Of a DNA stretch of 64,000 nt, positions 19,837-31,159 are shown piece after piece (the first letter of the stretch is position 1; the number at the start of each line of letters is the position of its first letter). Below the pieces are notes generated by a model. The model was not told the DNA's origin and made no database searches. It saw only the letters and a program-made list of their open reading frames with translations. Origin of the DNA: an uncultured Methanosarcinaceae archaeon (GTDB lineage: Archaea; Halobacteriota; Methanosarcinia; Methanosarcinales; Methanosarcinaceae); contig CAVRJG010000053.1 in assembly GCA_963721455.1 (NCBI GenBank), forward strand, positions 1-64,000, in the 5' to 3' direction. The position numbers and the translations under genes were made by a program.

Positions 19837-21429
19837 TCAAAAATAGTATTTTTCACAACTCTTTCCCATCAACCTTATTAACTTCTCTTTAATTTCATCC
19901 AAGTTGGTAATTTGAATTTTAGTTTTTGATTTCGTTTTTACTTCCACTTCCGTAATCCCCCTCATCAGCATGAAAACCCATTTCAATGTCGGCTTTTGAG
20001 TTTGTTTCTTAACTTGGTTCGGTATTGATTCCCCTGTTTCTTTTAGTTTTTCTCTCAGCTTCCATTCTGCTACCGAGTAAACCATCAGAGTTAAAACCAT
20101 GATCATTGACAACGCTTCAATTCTTTCGGGTTTCTTAAGATAAACCTCAGAAACCCTGAAACTTTTGTCCTTTATGAACCTGAATCCTTTTTCCACTTTA
20201 CTCTGGTTTTTGTATTTTTCCAGCATATCGTCAGCATCAAGATTGGGGTCACTGCTGCCGATTATAAATCTACCATGATACTCATTTTCATGCTGTACGA
20301 TTTCTTCATTTCTGATAGCCTTTGCATCTACAACATAATGAATGACAAGCTTTTCACCCTTTTTTGGCCTTCCCTTCTTACCGTTTTCTCTTTTTGAGAT
20401 TGTGGAGGTCTCCACCGTTTCCAGCAAACAGTAAGGGTTTTCCTTTTTCCATCTTTCCAGGGCTGTTCTTGCGTCCTCTTCACATGCAAACTCTATTTTT
20501 TTCAGCTCTTTAAGCTCTTTCTGAGCTTCCTTGACTATCTTTTTTATTTTCTTTTCAAACGTAATTTCCTTTCTTTTATGCATCTCGGTAGAGTGAACAA
20601 CTATCCATTTTTGTTTTATGCCACCATATTCAACCATCGTTTCATAAAATGAGTAGCGTGGGTCTTCTCCCTGTTTAAACTCAAGATCAGAAGTCAGTAG
20701 CTCTTTACAAAGATTCAGAGTTGAGGGAACACGAGTGATCCATTTCATGTCTTTTAATGCTTTGACATTATCTTCAGAATACAGAGAGCTATCAGCTATG
20801 AAATAAACATCATCAGGGAACTCTATGTTTTCTTTAAGTCTTTTCATGGCTTCTACTATGGTTTCTTTGTCGGATGAATTTCCAGAATAAGCCTGTGTAA
20901 ATAATGGCATACCATACTGGTTTACAATCATCCCCATTGAAAAACGCTTCAAATCATATCTCTTATCTTTCGCGTGACCATAAGTGAGTTCTATGGCAGA
21001 GCTACCGTCTTCAGGTTCATAGTCTCCATGAACGCTGAAATTGGTATCATCACAATGAAGTTGTATAACCTTAAGGTTCACAATTTCCATCATTCTCATG
21101 GAAAGTTTCATGAACAGTTGAGTAGGATCTACTTCGTATATCTTATCAAGAGTTCGCCCTAAAACATCGTCATTAAGATCTGATGCACTAACTCCAGGAC
21201 CAAGTAACCTTTCAACTGGAAGGTTTTCGAAATATTGAGAGTACAGGTAAAGTCGACTGTCAGTGAATCCAAGGCAATTAAGAATCATTGCCTTTATCAC
21301 TATTGAATGAGCTAACTTATGCTGCCCAACTTTGGGAAACACTTCATCGATAATACTTCCAATTTCAAGTTCATCGAAAATTCCACAAACTATACCGTGA
21401 TGGTCCAGGGCGTTAGTAGTAATGTGCAT
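19837..21429 (-). CDS. IS1634-family transposase, intact, 530 aa
   Basis: LDHHGIVCG, LNDDVLGRTLD, HCDDTNFSVHG, YGHAKDKRYDLKR, IADSSLY, YKNQSKVEKGFRFIK. Confidence 0.92.
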   Translation of the reverse strand: MHITTNALDHHGIVCGIFDELEIGSIIDEVFPKVGQHKLAHSIVIKAMILNCLGFTDSRLYLYSQYFENLPVERLLGPGVSASDLNDDVLGRTLDKIYEVDPTQLFMKLSMRMMEIVNLKVIQLHCDDTNFSVHGDYEPEDGSSAIELTYGHAKDKRYDLKRFSMGMIVNQYGMPLFTQAYSGNSSDKETIVEAMKRLKENIEFPDDVYFIADSSLYSEDNVKALKDMKWITRVPSTLNLCKELLTSDLEFKQGEDPRYSFYETMVEYGGIKQKWIVVHSTEMHKRKEITFEKKIKKIVKEAQKELKELKKIEFACEEDARTALERWKKENPYCLLETVETSTISKRENGKKGRPKKGEKLVIHYVVDAKAIRNEEIVQHENEYHGRFIIGSSDPNLDADDMLEKYKNQSKVEKGFRFIKDKSFRVSEVYLKKPERIEALSMIMVLTLMVYSVAEWKLREKLKETGESIPNQVKKQTQKPTLKWVFMLMRGITEVEVKTKSKTKIQITNLDEIKEKLIRLMGKSCEKYYF

Positions 21430-21743
21430 AAAAATTCAAAAATTCAATAGCGAGTTACATTATTTACAGTTTTCCAATAAAAATGTCTGAATAATAATCC
21501 GAGATATGCGGAAAGTCTGTTATATAGGCGTGGGTAGATGAAATCTAAAAAAAACAGGAAGGAACTTTAATTGACTTTTGAGCCTGATTTCTGCTAGATG
21601 TTTCTGATAGTATGAGACTAAAGAAAGACGGTTAAGGAAATAAAAAGAAGAGAAGGCAAAAAGAGACAAAAAGACAGGAAATGAAGGAAGAAAAAAGGCA
21701 GATGGAAAAAAGGTAAAAATGAAAGGAAGTTTATCTAACTCCC

Positions 21744-23756
21744 TCAGGCCACTTTTACCTCTTTCTCCAGCCTCTTTATCAATTCTCTTACCTGGATTGC
21801 CCTCTCGAAATCCAGCCTATCGGCAGCTTCCCTCATCTCCGCATCCAGCTCGATGATGACATTGGGAATATCTGTTTTCGGGATATGTTTGGTGTCGGTA
21901 ATATCCACGACCTTTTCCCTTATGGGTTTCCTGATGGTTGCCGGGATAATGCCGTGCTCTTTGTTATAGGCAATCTGCATGGAGCGGCGGCGGTCGGTTT
22001 CATTAACTGCTTTTTTGATGGAATCGGTCATCCTGTCTGCATACAGGACAACCTTCGAACTTGCGTTCCGGGCTGCGCGGCCTATGATCTGGATCAGGCT
22101 CTTTGAGTCTCTCAGGAAGCCTTCCTTATCTGCATCCAGGATACCGATAAAGCCCACTTCAGGAATGTCAAGCCCTTCCCTGAGCAGGTTGATCCCGACA
22201 AGGACATCGAACTTGCCAAGGCGCAGTTCGCGGATAATTTCAGTCCTTTCCATCGTTTTGATATCAGAGTGCAGGTAGCGGGCTTTGATCTCGTTTCTGG
22301 CAAGATATTCGGTCAGTTCCTCAGCAAGTTTCTTGGTCAACGTGGTTACAAGAGCGCGGTCTCCCCGCTCTACTATTTTTCGGATCTCCCGCATAACATC
22401 TTTGACCTGGCCCTCAAGAGGACGGATCTCGACTTCAGGATCAACAAGGCCTGTCGGGCGGATGATCTGTTCCACAATCCGGGCTGAATGCTCCCTTTCG
22501 TAATCTGCAGGGGTTGCCGAGACAAAAATCACGTTTTTCATATACTGCTCGAATTCATCAAACTTGAGAGGCCTGTTATCGTAGGCGCTGGGAAGCCTGA
22601 AACCGTAATCGATAAGGCTCTTCTTTCTGGAGCGGTCCCCGTTATACATCCCGTGAAGCTGCGGGATGGTCTGGTGGCTCTCATCAATGACCAGCAGGAA
22701 ATCATCAGGGAAATAGTCAAGCAGGCAGAAGGGTTTCTCTCCTGGCTGGCGGTGGTCAAAGTGCCTCGAGTAGTTTTCAATTCCCTTACAGCTGCCGGTT
22801 TCCTCAATCATCTCCATATCATAAAGCGTACGCTGCTTCAGCCTGTGAGACTCAAGCAGCCCGAGCGCAGGAAGACATTCTTCAAGCTCTTCAAGGATGG
22901 ACTTAATCGCACTTTTCTGTTCCTCTTCAGGAATCACATAATGCCTGGCAGGATAGACAAAGAAATAGTCCATTTCCTCCGTTCTCTGTCCTGTCTGCTT
23001 TTCCACCTCGGAAATCCGGTCAACCTTGTCTCCGAAGAGTTCAATCCGGATGATGTTGTCGAAGTACCCGGGAATAATATCGATGGTGTCCCCTTTTACC
23101 CTGAATCGCCCTGGCATAAGCTCAAGGTCATTGCGTTCGAACTGGATTTCAATGAGCTTTTGCAGGATTTCTTTTCTCTGAACCGTATCTCCGACCTTCA
23201 GTTCAAACCCCATTTTCTGAAAGTTTTCAGGATTGCCAAGGCCGTAGATACAGGATACGGATGCCACTACGATAACGTCCTGGCGCGACATCAGGGAAGC
23301 TGTGGCAGCAAGGCGCATCTGCTCGATCTTAGGGTTGATCTGGGCATCTTTTTCAATATACTGGTCCCTGGCAGGAAGATAGGACTCAGGCTGGTAGTAG
23401 TCATAATAGGAAACAAAATACTCCACCCGGTTCTCAGGAAAGAACTCCCTGAACTCATTATAAAGCTGGGCTGCAAGGGTCTTGTTATGGGCAATAACAA
23501 GCGTCGGTTTCCTGATCTGGTTTATGACATTTGCAACAGTATATGTTTTCCCGGACCCTGTTACCCCAAGCAGGGTCTGGAGCTGCTCTCCTTTTTTCAG
23601 TTCCTCCACAAGTTTTTCGATTGCCTGCGGCTGGGAACCCCTTGGCTCAAAATCGGAAACCAGCTTGAACTGCGGGCTGTCCCGGTACCGGGCATCACGT
23701 ATTGTTTCGGATAATTTTTGAGATAACGTTTCGGATGTCTGATCGGAAGATTTCAT
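21744..23756 (-). CDS. uvrB: Excinuclease ABC subunit B
   Basis: LGVTGSGKT, YYDYYQPE, DESH, GINLLREGLD, C-terminal UVR domain. Confidence 0.98.
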   Translation of the reverse strand: MKSSDQTSETLSQKLSETIRDARYRDSPQFKLVSDFEPRGSQPQAIEKLVEELKKGEQLQTLLGVTGSGKTYTVANVINQIRKPTLVIAHNKTLAAQLYNEFREFFPENRVEYFVSYYDYYQPESYLPARDQYIEKDAQINPKIEQMRLAATASLMSRQDVIVVASVSCIYGLGNPENFQKMGFELKVGDTVQRKEILQKLIEIQFERNDLELMPGRFRVKGDTIDIIPGYFDNIIRIELFGDKVDRISEVEKQTGQRTEEMDYFFVYPARHYVIPEEEQKSAIKSILEELEECLPALGLLESHRLKQRTLYDMEMIEETGSCKGIENYSRHFDHRQPGEKPFCLLDYFPDDFLLVIDESHQTIPQLHGMYNGDRSRKKSLIDYGFRLPSAYDNRPLKFDEFEQYMKNVIFVSATPADYEREHSARIVEQIIRPTGLVDPEVEIRPLEGQVKDVMREIRKIVERGDRALVTTLTKKLAEELTEYLARNEIKARYLHSDIKTMERTEIIRELRLGKFDVLVGINLLREGLDIPEVGFIGILDADKEGFLRDSKSLIQIIGRAARNASSKVVLYADRMTDSIKKAVNETDRRRSMQIAYNKEHGIIPATIRKPIREKVVDITDTKHIPKTDIPNVIIELDAEMREAADRLDFERAIQVRELIKRLEKEVKVA

Positions 23757-23760
23757 AGAA

Positions 23761-23841
23761 TCAAGACCTTAAAATGTTGGAAATAGAAATTCAAGACCTT
23801 AAAATGTTGGAAATAGAAATTCAAGATCTTAAAATATTGAA
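23761..23841. repeat. 30-bp tandem repeat, 2.7 copies, between uvrC and uvrB
   Basis: TCAAGACCTTAAAATGTTGGAAATAGAAAT twice plus a partial copy. Confidence 0.85.
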
Positions 23842-23878
23842 TATTTAAATAGCGGACACATATCGACAATAATGACAA

Positions 23879-25429
23879 TTAAGGAATCAACGATTTTTGC
23901 CTCAGCAGGCGGTTATAGGTAATTGCAAACCTGTGGGCTTCGTCCCGGATCTCCTGAACAAAGAGGGAGGCTTTTTCATCTCTTTTGATGGGAAGAGGAG
24001 ACTTGATCCCTGGCACATAGATTTCTTCTTCACGCTTGGCTATGGAAATGATCGGAATTCTGAGTTTGAGCTTCCGAAGTTCCTGGAAAGCTGAAGAGAG
24101 CTGCCCTTTTCCTCCATCTATAATAATTAAGTCAGGCATATCGTGTTTGTCCTCAAGCAGGCGGGAATAACGCCTGCGCACAACCTCGGCAATGGAAGCG
24201 AAGTCGTCAATCCCTTCAACACTCTCTATTTTGAAGCGGCGGTAGTTGTGTTTATCAGGCCTGCCTCCCCGAAACTGCACCATGGAGCCGACTGTAGCCG
24301 TGCCTGAGAGATGGGAGATATCAAAACATTCTATAACAGTCGGAAGTTTCGGAAGGGAAAGTTTACTCTGCAGGGATTCGAGCTTTTTCCGGTCTCCAAA
24401 AAACCCGATCTCAACATTTTTCAGGGCAAGGTCAAGAAGTTCTTTTTTCTCTCCCTGCTTCGGAACCGTAACTTTAACCTTTTTTCCTTTCACGTATGAC
24501 AGAAAATCGGCAAGCGATTCTTCGAGAGGCTCAGGCAGGATAAGTTCTTCAGGAGGTTCGTTTTCGGAATAATACTGTACCAGGAACTCTTCCAGGAAAT
24601 TTTCCCCAAAGGCAAAAACATAGTCCTGCTTGTCCTCAAGGGTACCTTTGTAGACTTTGAAGAGCATGAGGTAGACGGTATCATCCCTGACAATATAGTT
24701 CAGGATGTCCTCATTGTGCTTTTTCTGTCTCTCCATATTTTGCTTTTCCTGAAGATTTTCAAGGGCTGCAATCTCATCCCTGAGGGCCATAGCCTGCTCG
24801 AATTGCTGCTTTGCTGCCAGTTCCCTCATATCTTTTTCCATGGACTCCATGAGCTCCCTGATATTGCCTTTCAGGACAGAGGCAGCTCTTTTCACCTTCT
24901 CCCCATATTCTTCCATGGAAACTGCCCCTATACAGGGCCCGCTGCATGCTGCTATGTGGTATCTGAGGCAGGCACGCTTCGGCATCTGTCTGCAGGTCCT
25001 GAGCTGGAAGGTCTTTCTTACAACCTCAAAAATGTAATCTCTTTCTTTTGCAGAAACGAAGGGCCCGAAAAAATTTCCACTCTCTATTTTCTTCCGGGCA
25101 AGCCTGATCCTTGGAAATTTTTCTTCGGTCAGGTGGATACAGGCATATCGTTTTGAGTCCTTGAGGGCAATGTTGTACCTTGGCCAGTGTTTTTTAATCA
25201 GAGTATTTTCGAGAAGAAAGGCTTCTACTTCGGTGTTTGTGACAATGAAGTCAAGGTTCCTGGCAGCCTGTACAAGGCTCTCTGTTTTCGAGTCGTGGTC
25301 TCGTTTCTGGAAATAGCTGCTCACCCGTTTTTTAAGGTCCTTTGCCTTGCCTACGTACAGCACAATCCCGTCTTCATTCTTGAAAAGATAGCAGCCAGGC
25401 AGGTGAGGAAGGGCCTCAAGGTCAATCAT
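23879..25429 (-). CDS. uvrC: Excinuclease ABC subunit C
   Basis: GIY-YIG (PGCY..YVGKAKDL), ECFDISH, IDGGKGQ, RDEAHRFA. Confidence 0.97.
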   Translation of the reverse strand: MIDLEALPHLPGCYLFKNEDGIVLYVGKAKDLKKRVSSYFQKRDHDSKTESLVQAARNLDFIVTNTEVEAFLLENTLIKKHWPRYNIALKDSKRYACIHLTEEKFPRIRLARKKIESGNFFGPFVSAKERDYIFEVVRKTFQLRTCRQMPKRACLRYHIAACSGPCIGAVSMEEYGEKVKRAASVLKGNIRELMESMEKDMRELAAKQQFEQAMALRDEIAALENLQEKQNMERQKKHNEDILNYIVRDDTVYLMLFKVYKGTLEDKQDYVFAFGENFLEEFLVQYYSENEPPEELILPEPLEESLADFLSYVKGKKVKVTVPKQGEKKELLDLALKNVEIGFFGDRKKLESLQSKLSLPKLPTVIECFDISHLSGTATVGSMVQFRGGRPDKHNYRRFKIESVEGIDDFASIAEVVRRRYSRLLEDKHDMPDLIIIDGGKGQLSSAFQELRKLKLRIPIISIAKREEEIYVPGIKSPLPIKRDEKASLFVQEIRDEAHRFAITYNRLLRQKSLIP

Positions 25430-25471
25430 TTTTAAACCTCATTTGATTAAATTTAAGTCCGTATACGGATT

Positions 25472-28400
25472 TTAAATTCGCTGCTCTTCAAATGCTTTAT
25501 CTGTCCTGTTTTTGAATCCTTCTGAGTTTTCTTCAGAATTTTCTTCAGAGTCTTCTTCAAAGTCTTCAGAGCCATCACTCATGTCGTCTTCAGACTCTTC
25601 ATAATCGGCTTCAAACGCTTCCCTTTCTTCAAAAACTGCCTCAATTGGCTCTGCTCCCGATACTTCCAGATATGATGCCCCTCCTGAAAGCCTGGAAGCA
25701 AGGAAACGCGCAGTATGGCTTCCCTGAATCATGGACACTTCCTCCGGAGTCCCTGAAGCAATAATTTCTCCGCCTGCATTCCCGCCTTCGGGACCAAGGT
25801 CGATGATATAGTCCGCCGATTTAATTACGTCCAGGTTATGCTCTATCACGACTACGGTATTTCCTTTTGCTACAAGCCCGTTAAGGACCGAGATCAATTT
25901 CTTTACATCATGGAAATGAAGCCCGGTCGTGGGTTCGTCAAGGAGATAAATGGTCCTCCCAGTGCCCTTTTTAGAGAGTTCCCTTGTCAGCTTTATTCTC
26001 TGGGCTTCCCCTCCGGAAAGGGTTGTTGAACTCTGCCCGAGCTTGATATAGCCCAGCCCGACTCTTGTTAAAGTGTCGAGCTTGCCTTTGATTGCAGGGA
26101 TATTCTCGAAATGTTCTGCAGCCTCTTCTACAGTCATGTCCAGGACGTCTGCAATCGATTTGCCCCTGTACTTTACTTCGAGGGTTTCCCGGTTGTAGCG
26201 TGTGCCCTTGCATTCCTCGCATTCGATGTACACATCAGGCAGGAAATTCATTTCAATTTTTATCAGCCCGTCTCCCTGGCAGGCTTCACAGCGTCCTCCC
26301 TTTACGTTGAAGGAGAAACGCCCGCTTTTGTACCCCCGAATTTTGGCTTCCTTCGTTTCGGCAAAAACCTGCCTGACGGCATCAAAAACCTTGGTATAGG
26401 TGACAGGGTTTGAGCGAGGAGTCCTGCCAATAGGGCTCTGGTCAATAACGATTACCTTGTCTATCTCGGAATCAAAAACCAGCTCGTCATAGTCGCCTGG
26501 TGTTACATTTGATTTATTTATCTTTTTCATCAGGGCCTTGTACAGAGTGTCATAAATAAGCGTGGACTTGCCAGAACCCGAAACGCCTGTAACCAATGTC
26601 AGGAGCCCTATAGGGATATTCACATCCACGTCCTTCAGATTGTTTGCCCTGCAACCTTTAAGCCGGATGAACGCATCGCTCTGCCGGCGGAGGGCAGGCG
26701 GTTTTATCTGCTTTTTTCCTGAGAGGTACTGGCCTGTCAGAGACTCAGGATTGTTTTCGATTTCTTCAGGCGTACCTTCGGCTACTACATAGCCGCCATG
26801 GATGCCTGCCCCCGGCCCTATATCAAGTACATAGTCCGCAGCCCTGATGGTATCTTCATCATGCTCTACAACGATCAGGGTATTTCCCAGATCCCGCAGG
26901 GTCTGGAGAGTCTGGATAAGCCGCTCGTTGTCCTTCTGGTGCAGCCCTATGGAGGGCTCGTCGAGCACATAGAGCACGCCCATGAGATTTGAGCCAATCT
27001 GTGTAGCCAGCCGGATTCTCTGGGCTTCCCCTCCTGAGAGAGTGCCTGCGCCCCGGGAAAGAGTAAGATAGCCGAGCCCCACATGCTCAAGGAAGCCAAG
27101 CCGGGAACGGATTTCCTTTAAGACCTGTTTTGCGATCTCCGTCTCCTTTTCAGAGAGTTCCAGATTTTCGAAAAACCGGATACAGTCTATGATTGAGAGG
27201 GCTGTCGCATCCACAATGGATTTATCGCCAAGCTTTACTGCAAGCACTTTTTCCTTCAGGCGCTTGCCTTCACACTTCGGGCAGGGCTGAACCTGCATGA
27301 ATTTTTCAAGTTCCTTTCGCCGGTATTCGGACTTTGTCTGGCTGTACAGCCTGTCGGACTGCGGGAGCAGCCCTTCCCAGGTGCCTTTGTGAGACCAATG
27401 GGCATCGCCGTTCTTCATGCTCATGCTGAACTGAACACGTTCGTCCGAGCCGTGCATGAGAGCGCTGTACTGCTCGTCTGATAGAGCTTCAATAGGAGTG
27501 AAAATGTCAAAACCGAAATGTTTTGCCACGGCTGCAAGATACTGGTTCCGGTAGCCGTCCAGGTAATTTCTGTACAGGGCGACAGCTCCGTCTGCGAGAC
27601 AGAGGGTTTTATCCGGAATAATCAGGTCAGGGTCGAATTCCATCTTGATCCCGAGTCCATTGCAGGCTTCGCAGGCTCCGAAGGGGCTGTTGAAGGAAAA
27701 CATCCTTGGCTGGAGTTCTTCAAAAGCCATTCCGCAGACCGGACAGGCCATGTTCGAGGAATAGAGGTGGTCTTTTCCTTCCGAATCAACGGCAATCAAG
27801 AGCCCGTCTGCTTTTTTAAGGGAGTTTTCGCAGGCTTCCGCCAGCCTTGAGTGGTCTTCTGCAGGGTCCAGCCGGTCAACCACTACTTCGATATCATGTT
27901 TTTTGTAACGGTCAAGGGTAATCTCGTCATCTGTCCTGTGAATTTCCCCGTTTACTCTTACCCTGGTGAAGCCTTCGCTGTTCAGGTCCCTGAAAAGCTG
28001 CTGGTATGTCCCTTTCTTCTGGCGGACGACTGGTGCAAGGATTGTAACCATACCCTGACATTCCCTGCTGATGCTGTCCGCAATCTTTTCAGGAGATTGG
28101 GACTTGATTTTGATATTGTGGACCGGACAGTAAGGAGTTCCGACTCTGGCAAAAAGCAGCCGCAGGTAATCATAGATTTCTGTAACTGTGCCGACCGTAC
28201 TCCTGGGATTTTTCGATGTTGTTTTCTGCTCAATGGAAATTGCCGGAGATAACCCCTCGATGCTGTCCACATCCGGCTTGTTCATAAGCCCGAGGAACTG
28301 CCTTGCATAGGCTGAGAGGGATTCCACATAGCGCCGCTGCCCTTCGGCATAAATAGTGTCAAAAGCCAGGGTGGATTTCCCTGAGCCTGAGACGCCTGTA

Positions 28401-28486
28401 ATAACAATGAATTTGTCCCGCGGGAGTTCCACTGTGATATTTTTCAGGTTGTGTTCCCGTGCCCCTTTGATGATAATATTTTTCAT
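25472..28486 (-). CDS. uvrA: Excinuclease ABC subunit A with an acidic C-terminal tail
   Basis: Two GVSGSGKS Walker A motifs, two LSGGEAQR signatures, zinc fingers. Confidence 0.98.
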   Translation of the reverse strand: MKNIIIKGAREHNLKNITVELPRDKFIVITGVSGSGKSTLAFDTIYAEGQRRYVESLSAYARQFLGLMNKPDVDSIEGLSPAISIEQKTTSKNPRSTVGTVTEIYDYLRLLFARVGTPYCPVHNIKIKSQSPEKIADSISRECQGMVTILAPVVRQKKGTYQQLFRDLNSEGFTRVRVNGEIHRTDDEITLDRYKKHDIEVVVDRLDPAEDHSRLAEACENSLKKADGLLIAVDSEGKDHLYSSNMACPVCGMAFEELQPRMFSFNSPFGACEACNGLGIKMEFDPDLIIPDKTLCLADGAVALYRNYLDGYRNQYLAAVAKHFGFDIFTPIEALSDEQYSALMHGSDERVQFSMSMKNGDAHWSHKGTWEGLLPQSDRLYSQTKSEYRRKELEKFMQVQPCPKCEGKRLKEKVLAVKLGDKSIVDATALSIIDCIRFFENLELSEKETEIAKQVLKEIRSRLGFLEHVGLGYLTLSRGAGTLSGGEAQRIRLATQIGSNLMGVLYVLDEPSIGLHQKDNERLIQTLQTLRDLGNTLIVVEHDEDTIRAADYVLDIGPGAGIHGGYVVAEGTPEEIENNPESLTGQYLSGKKQIKPPALRRQSDAFIRLKGCRANNLKDVDVNIPIGLLTLVTGVSGSGKSTLIYDTLYKALMKKINKSNVTPGDYDELVFDSEIDKVIVIDQSPIGRTPRSNPVTYTKVFDAVRQVFAETKEAKIRGYKSGRFSFNVKGGRCEACQGDGLIKIEMNFLPDVYIECEECKGTRYNRETLEVKYRGKSIADVLDMTVEEAAEHFENIPAIKGKLDTLTRVGLGYIKLGQSSTTLSGGEAQRIKLTRELSKKGTGRTIYLLDEPTTGLHFHDVKKLISVLNGLVAKGNTVVVIEHNLDVIKSADYIIDLGPEGGNAGGEIIASGTPEEVSMIQGSHTARFLASRLSGGASYLEVSGAEPIEAVFEEREAFEADYEESEDDMSDGSEDFEEDSEENSEENSEGFKNRTDKAFEEQRI

Positions 28487-28550
28487 TTTTTTCTCTCGGG
28501 TTTTTCTTGTTTAAGTTGAATCGGTTAAATGAGAATTTATAAAATTGGTA

Positions 28551-28586
28551 TAAAGTTGGAGATATAGTTGGAGATAAAGTTGGAGA
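28551..28586. repeat. 12-bp direct repeat x3 upstream of uvrA
   Basis: TAAAGTTGGAGA TATAGTTGGAGA TAAAGTTGGAGA. Confidence 0.7.
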
Positions 28587-29435
28587 TCTAAGAGATCTGG
28601 AAACAATATGAGCTATAAGAAAATCTTTTGAAAAGACTTATATTTGCTTTTCAGGTAGTTTGTTCAGGGAGATAATTCTACGCATTATTATAAATAAGTA
28701 GTTATAATTAACTGATACTTACTTTGTTAAATTCTCTGAGGGTTCCTCAATATAAACTCCCCGATTTTTCAACACATACAACAAAATGCAGACTTTTTAT
28801 TAATAGAGTAATATAGCAGATTGAAAGTATTAAGCAGTAAATAAACGGCTCTTCGAATTGAAATGTATCAGACTAAGCTGATCGACAACGAATTGTATAA
28901 TTTTCTTACGTCTAATTTTATACCTGTTCGTCTTCAATACTTTCAGTTTAGAAAAACTGTTCTTCCTGCAAAGTAGCGTCAGTAAACCTGTGAAACCAGA
29001 GCAGCGCCTCAAAAAAGTATGGAGGAAATAAATCTGTAAAATGCAAGAAGAGTGGAGTTTGAGGTTTCAACCATATGATGAGTGGGTAGATTATATTTAT
29101 CGTATAAATATTTATCTACTTTGGAATATTTTAGTGATTTTATATAAAATTAGTGTGAAAGCAGCGAAGTGCCAGTATTTCCGTATGTTCTTGTCTTCAA
29201 AAAGGTGAGGATATTTATCTTTAAGTAAGTTAAGAAGCTCTTTGTCTATTTTATATCCTAAAATGTTTCCACTTTCAACAGAAGGTCAATTTTTAATTAG
29301 TGAATCGTATTTTGCCTAAGAGCCTGTTAAGAAATAACTCTAGGAAACACGTAATTATTTTGGAACTAAATCAATGATCCAGCTTGTGAAAATCGTTGAG
29401 TAAAATATAAAAAAGTGCCTAATTTATTTCACCTA

Positions 29436-29516
29436 GAGCCCCAAGACTGAGTTTTAAAAGCCTGTACGCATCGCTTCGGACTTATGAGGAGCAATTTTGA
29501 GTTTTGGGATCAGCTC
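29436..29516. mobile_element. Possible degenerate IS5-type MITE remnant
   Basis: Left GAGCCCCAAGACT resembles rc of right end GAGCTGATCCCAAAACT with a 4-nt gap; no clear TSD. Confidence 0.3.
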
Positions 29517-29765
29517 GCTATCAAAACTTAACTAAATCTTAGAAGTAAAAAAGAAAAAAGAACGGATGAATAAGAGGAGAAATAAAATATGCTATAAGCA
29601 ACTGGAAGACTTGAAAGTTTAGAGGAACTATCATATTTGCATAGTTTTCAAAAAAGTAATATAGTTTCATGAAGTGGATGGTCACCATAGAAGAAAGAAA
29701 TAGCGAAAGGTATATACAATAAAAATTTATGTTTTTATGCTCTTCGAATCATATTGGTGATAGAT

Positions 29766-30077
29766 ATGACAATAGAAAACCTTAAAGAAATGTGCGATAA
29801 ATTTGATGAGTCCTTTGAACTTGAGGGCGGAAGGCACAAGCGATTAGTTGAGAAACTTCTCCCGCAAATCGAAGCTGCATATCTCGAAAATAAAGACTCC
29901 AGTGAAGCTGACTGGCTTGTCTGGATGTACGGAAAACTTGCAGAGGGCGAAGGCAATCAGGAAATGCTCTCAAAATACGCAGAAATCCGCGAGGAATCAG
30001 ATGAATATGTCAGAAATGCTGCAGCCGAATTCAAATTATTTTCGCTGTACGATGTTATCATGCTGAAAACCGATTAA
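29766..30077 (+). CDS. Hypothetical acidic helical protein, 103 aa
   Basis: GGTGA SD before ATG 29766; upstream TATA-like box; no family recognised. Confidence 0.65.
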   Translation: MTIENLKEMCDKFDESFELEGGRHKRLVEKLLPQIEAAYLENKDSSEADWLVWMYGKLAEGEGNQEMLSKYAEIREESDEYVRNAAAEFKLFSLYDVIMLKTD

Positions 30078-30181
30078 GTATGATACTATGTGAGTTAAGT
30101 CAAATTTACAGCATAATAAGATGCTGGATTTACCAGACTCTGTTCCAAAATCCAGTGATTTTGGTGAAATCCGGAAGGATT

Positions 30182-31159
30182 TCACCCCAACTTTTTACTG
30201 TAGATGCCCACTTTTACGGGCAGCTCACTTTTCTCATTTTTATCGGTATCGGATACATCTGTTTTTGACCAGTGCCCCGCAAGGAAAGCTCCTGAAAGGT
30301 TGTGCCAGATGCTGAAAATTGCACCCGGAAGGGCTGCAACGGCAGTAAAGTGTTTTATCGCAAGGGCGACACTCAAACCGGAGTTCTGCATTCCGGTATC
30401 GATTGCCAGAGTCCGTGCTTCTGTTTCGCTGAGTTTCAGAGCCTTTGCAACCCAATAGCCCCCTGCAAGGCCAAGCCCGTTATGCAGGATTACCGCAAGC
30501 AGGACTAACGGACCGCTCTGTTTGAGATTCGCGCTATTTGTCCCTATAATCACAGCGATAATGATCACTATGGCAGCGGCTGAAATTGCCGGAAAGATAT
30601 CTCTGACCGCTCTTATCTGTTTTTCAAAGAAATAACTGATTGCAAGCCCGAGTACTACAGGCACGATTACTACATTTACAACACTTACGAGCATGCCCAT
30701 AACATCGACTTCCACGGTCTGCCCTATAAAGACCCATGTAAGGAACGGAGTTGCCAGAAAAGCCAGCAAGGTGGAGACCGAGGTAAGGACTATTGAAAGA
30801 GCCACATCCCCTTTTGCAAGATAACAGATCACATTGGAAGCCGTGCCGCCTGGACAGCAGCCCAGCAGGATAACGCCTGTCGTGAGGTCGGCAGGTAGTT
30901 TCAGAACCAGGCAGACTATCCATGCGGACAGGGGCATAATGGTGTACTTCATTAAAGTTCCCAGAAAAACCACTGACGGCTTTTTTAACACGGCAAGGAA
31001 GCTGTCCACCGAGAGAGTAACTCCCATCCCGAGCATGATCAGGCTTAAAAAGGGAACAATAAGACCTTGATGTGGGGCGAAGTATTCAGGATAAACATAT
31101 GCGACAGCAGACAAAAGTACTGCCCAGAGGGGAAATAACGATGTAAACGTTTTAAGCAT
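30182..31159 (-). CDS. Bile acid:sodium symporter (BASS) family transporter
   Basis: MLGMGVTL, CCPGGTASNV, GDVALS, LHNGLG, GMQNSGL, FSIWHN; start at ATG 31159. Confidence 0.93.
   Translation of the reverse strand: MLKTFTSLFPLWAVLLSAVAYVYPEYFAPHQGLIVPFLSLIMLGMGVTLSVDSFLAVLKKPSVVFLGTLMKYTIMPLSAWIVCLVLKLPADLTTGVILLGCCPGGTASNVICYLAKGDVALSIVLTSVSTLLAFLATPFLTWVFIGQTVEVDVMGMLVSVVNVVIVPVVLGLAISYFFEKQIRAVRDIFPAISAAAIVIIIAVIIGTNSANLKQSGPLVLLAVILHNGLGLAGGYWVAKALKLSETEARTLAIDTGMQNSGLSVALAIKHFTAVAALPGAIFSIWHNLSGAFLAGHWSKTDVSDTDKNEKSELPVKVGIYSKKLG

Larger units (their letters stand above)
18076..21519 (-). mobile_element. IS1634-family insertion sequence, 6-bp TSD TTATAT, with an ISH3 element nested downstream of its transposase
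   Basis: Ends CCGACATTCCGCA / TGCGGAAAGTCTG; TTATAT at 18070-18075 and 21520-21525. Confidence 0.88.

Noticed and set aside
21600-21730. Purine-rich tract as a repeat or ncRNA
   Set aside because: Most simply a T-rich terminator region for uvrB on the minus strand
22488-23714. 408-aa plus-strand ORF
   Set aside because: Antisense shadow of uvrB with no recognisable motifs
28800-29020. Possible decayed gene on the minus strand
   Set aside because: Multiple stops and no recognisable family
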